A stretch of 64,000 nucleotides of DNA. Source: an uncultured Verrucomicrobiae bacterium. Its GTDB lineage: Bacteria > Verrucomicrobiota > Verrucomicrobiia > Chthoniobacterales > UBA10450. Below, in pieces: positions 63,427 to 64,000 of the stretch; position 1 is the stretch's first letter, and the number at the start of each line of letters is the position of its first letter. The notes below the pieces were generated by a model. That model made no database searches. It was given only the letters and a program-made list of their open reading frames with translations, and had not been told where the DNA came from. The DNA lies in the NCBI GenBank assembly GCA_963772365.1, contig CAVYXA010000001.1, forward strand, positions 1,568,001 to 1,632,000, given 5' to 3'. The translations under genes and the position numbers were made by a program.

Positions 63427-64000
63427 CTATTTCAGGGCTGATGAGAGCCTCGAGATCATCGTGTCCATCAACTTCGCGTAATTTTCCGTGCCGGGAATTC
63501 CACCGGGAAATTGGGCAAATTCAACTACCTTCGCGCCCGTCGCGCTGGCGACTCTGTCTGCAACTTTCCTGTCCTGATACGGCTCGATAATGATCGCTTT
63601 GATTTTCTGCGCTTTCATTTGCGTGATTACTTCCGCCAGATGCGAAGGCGAGGGCGGAATACCCGGTTTCGGTTCGAGAAAGATGTCGATGTTAATACCG
63701 AACCGATGCGCGAAGTAGGGCCAGGAATCGTGGTAGGCAACCACGGTTTGACCTTTGAACGGCAGCATGGCCGCGCCCCATTCCTGAAGCTTGGAATTAA
63801 TCGTTGCCTCGAATTTCTTGTTGTTTGCTTCGTAGAAAGCTGCGTTTGCCGGATCGACAGCCGAGAACGATTGCGCGATGTGCAGCGCGACTGCTTTCGC
63901 AATGATCGGATCGGTCATGAAGTGGGGATTGCCGAGGGCGTGCACATCACCGGCCGCGCGAGTGACGTTCGTCGGCACATTCATCAGACGAATGCCTTGC
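63427..64000 (-). CDS. Metal ABC transporter substrate-binding protein (ZnuA/TroA family), 5'-truncated by window end
   Basis: GNPHF..DP, YHDSW.YF and EPKPGIPPSP.HL. Confidence 0.9.
   Translation of the reverse strand, partial: QGIRLMNVPTNVTRAAGDVHALGNPHFMTDPIIAKAVALHIAQSFSAVDPANAAFYEANNKKFEATINSKLQEWGAAMLPFKGQTVVAYHDSWPYFAHRFGINIDIFLEPKPGIPPSPSHLAEVITQMKAQKIKAIIIEPYQDRKVADRVASATGAKVVEFAQFPGGIPGTENYAKLMDTMISRLSSALK

Overview
Core-chromosome segment of a Verrucomicrobiota bacterium, most likely Spartobacteria/Chthoniobacterales (Ca. Udaeobacter-like). This is inferred from gene styles such as the short EF-Ts and the SRKTHG...dockerin C-terminal domain. In order, the window holds: (1) the 3' end of an rRNA operon (23S, 5S); (2) a stress cluster (receiver protein, ferritin, LigD, DUF892); (3) rpsB-tsf, a PduO-type adenosyltransferase and a dockerin-domain exported protein; (4) rplA-rplJ-rplL-rpoB-rpoC with no rplK upstream; (5) a ~25 kb co-oriented surface-glycan island at ~20.9-45.4 kb; (6) rph, gmd, an RCC1-repeat protein, coaD-yceD-rpmF-plsX-fabH-tatD-ldt, a USP, kdsA-lptCAB, a MOSC protein, a Cu P-type ATPase, an amidohydrolase and a metal ABC transporter. 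The island carries APS kinase, two sulfotransferase domains, about nine SAM methyltransferase domains, two polyprenol-P GT2s, three GT-C-like membrane proteins and WecD/WecE. Best candidate for a novel system: a 1481-aa sulfotransferase/coiled-coil/triple-glycosyltransferase protein that looks like a one-polypeptide polymerase-terminator with a tandem-repeat ruler and a sulfate cap. Also notable are a duplicated four-methyltransferase cassette with reciprocal gene decay and a REP-like palindrome translated in frame inside ligD. Three single-base frameshifts may be sequencing errors. All calls come from motif recognition by eye; no searches were run.
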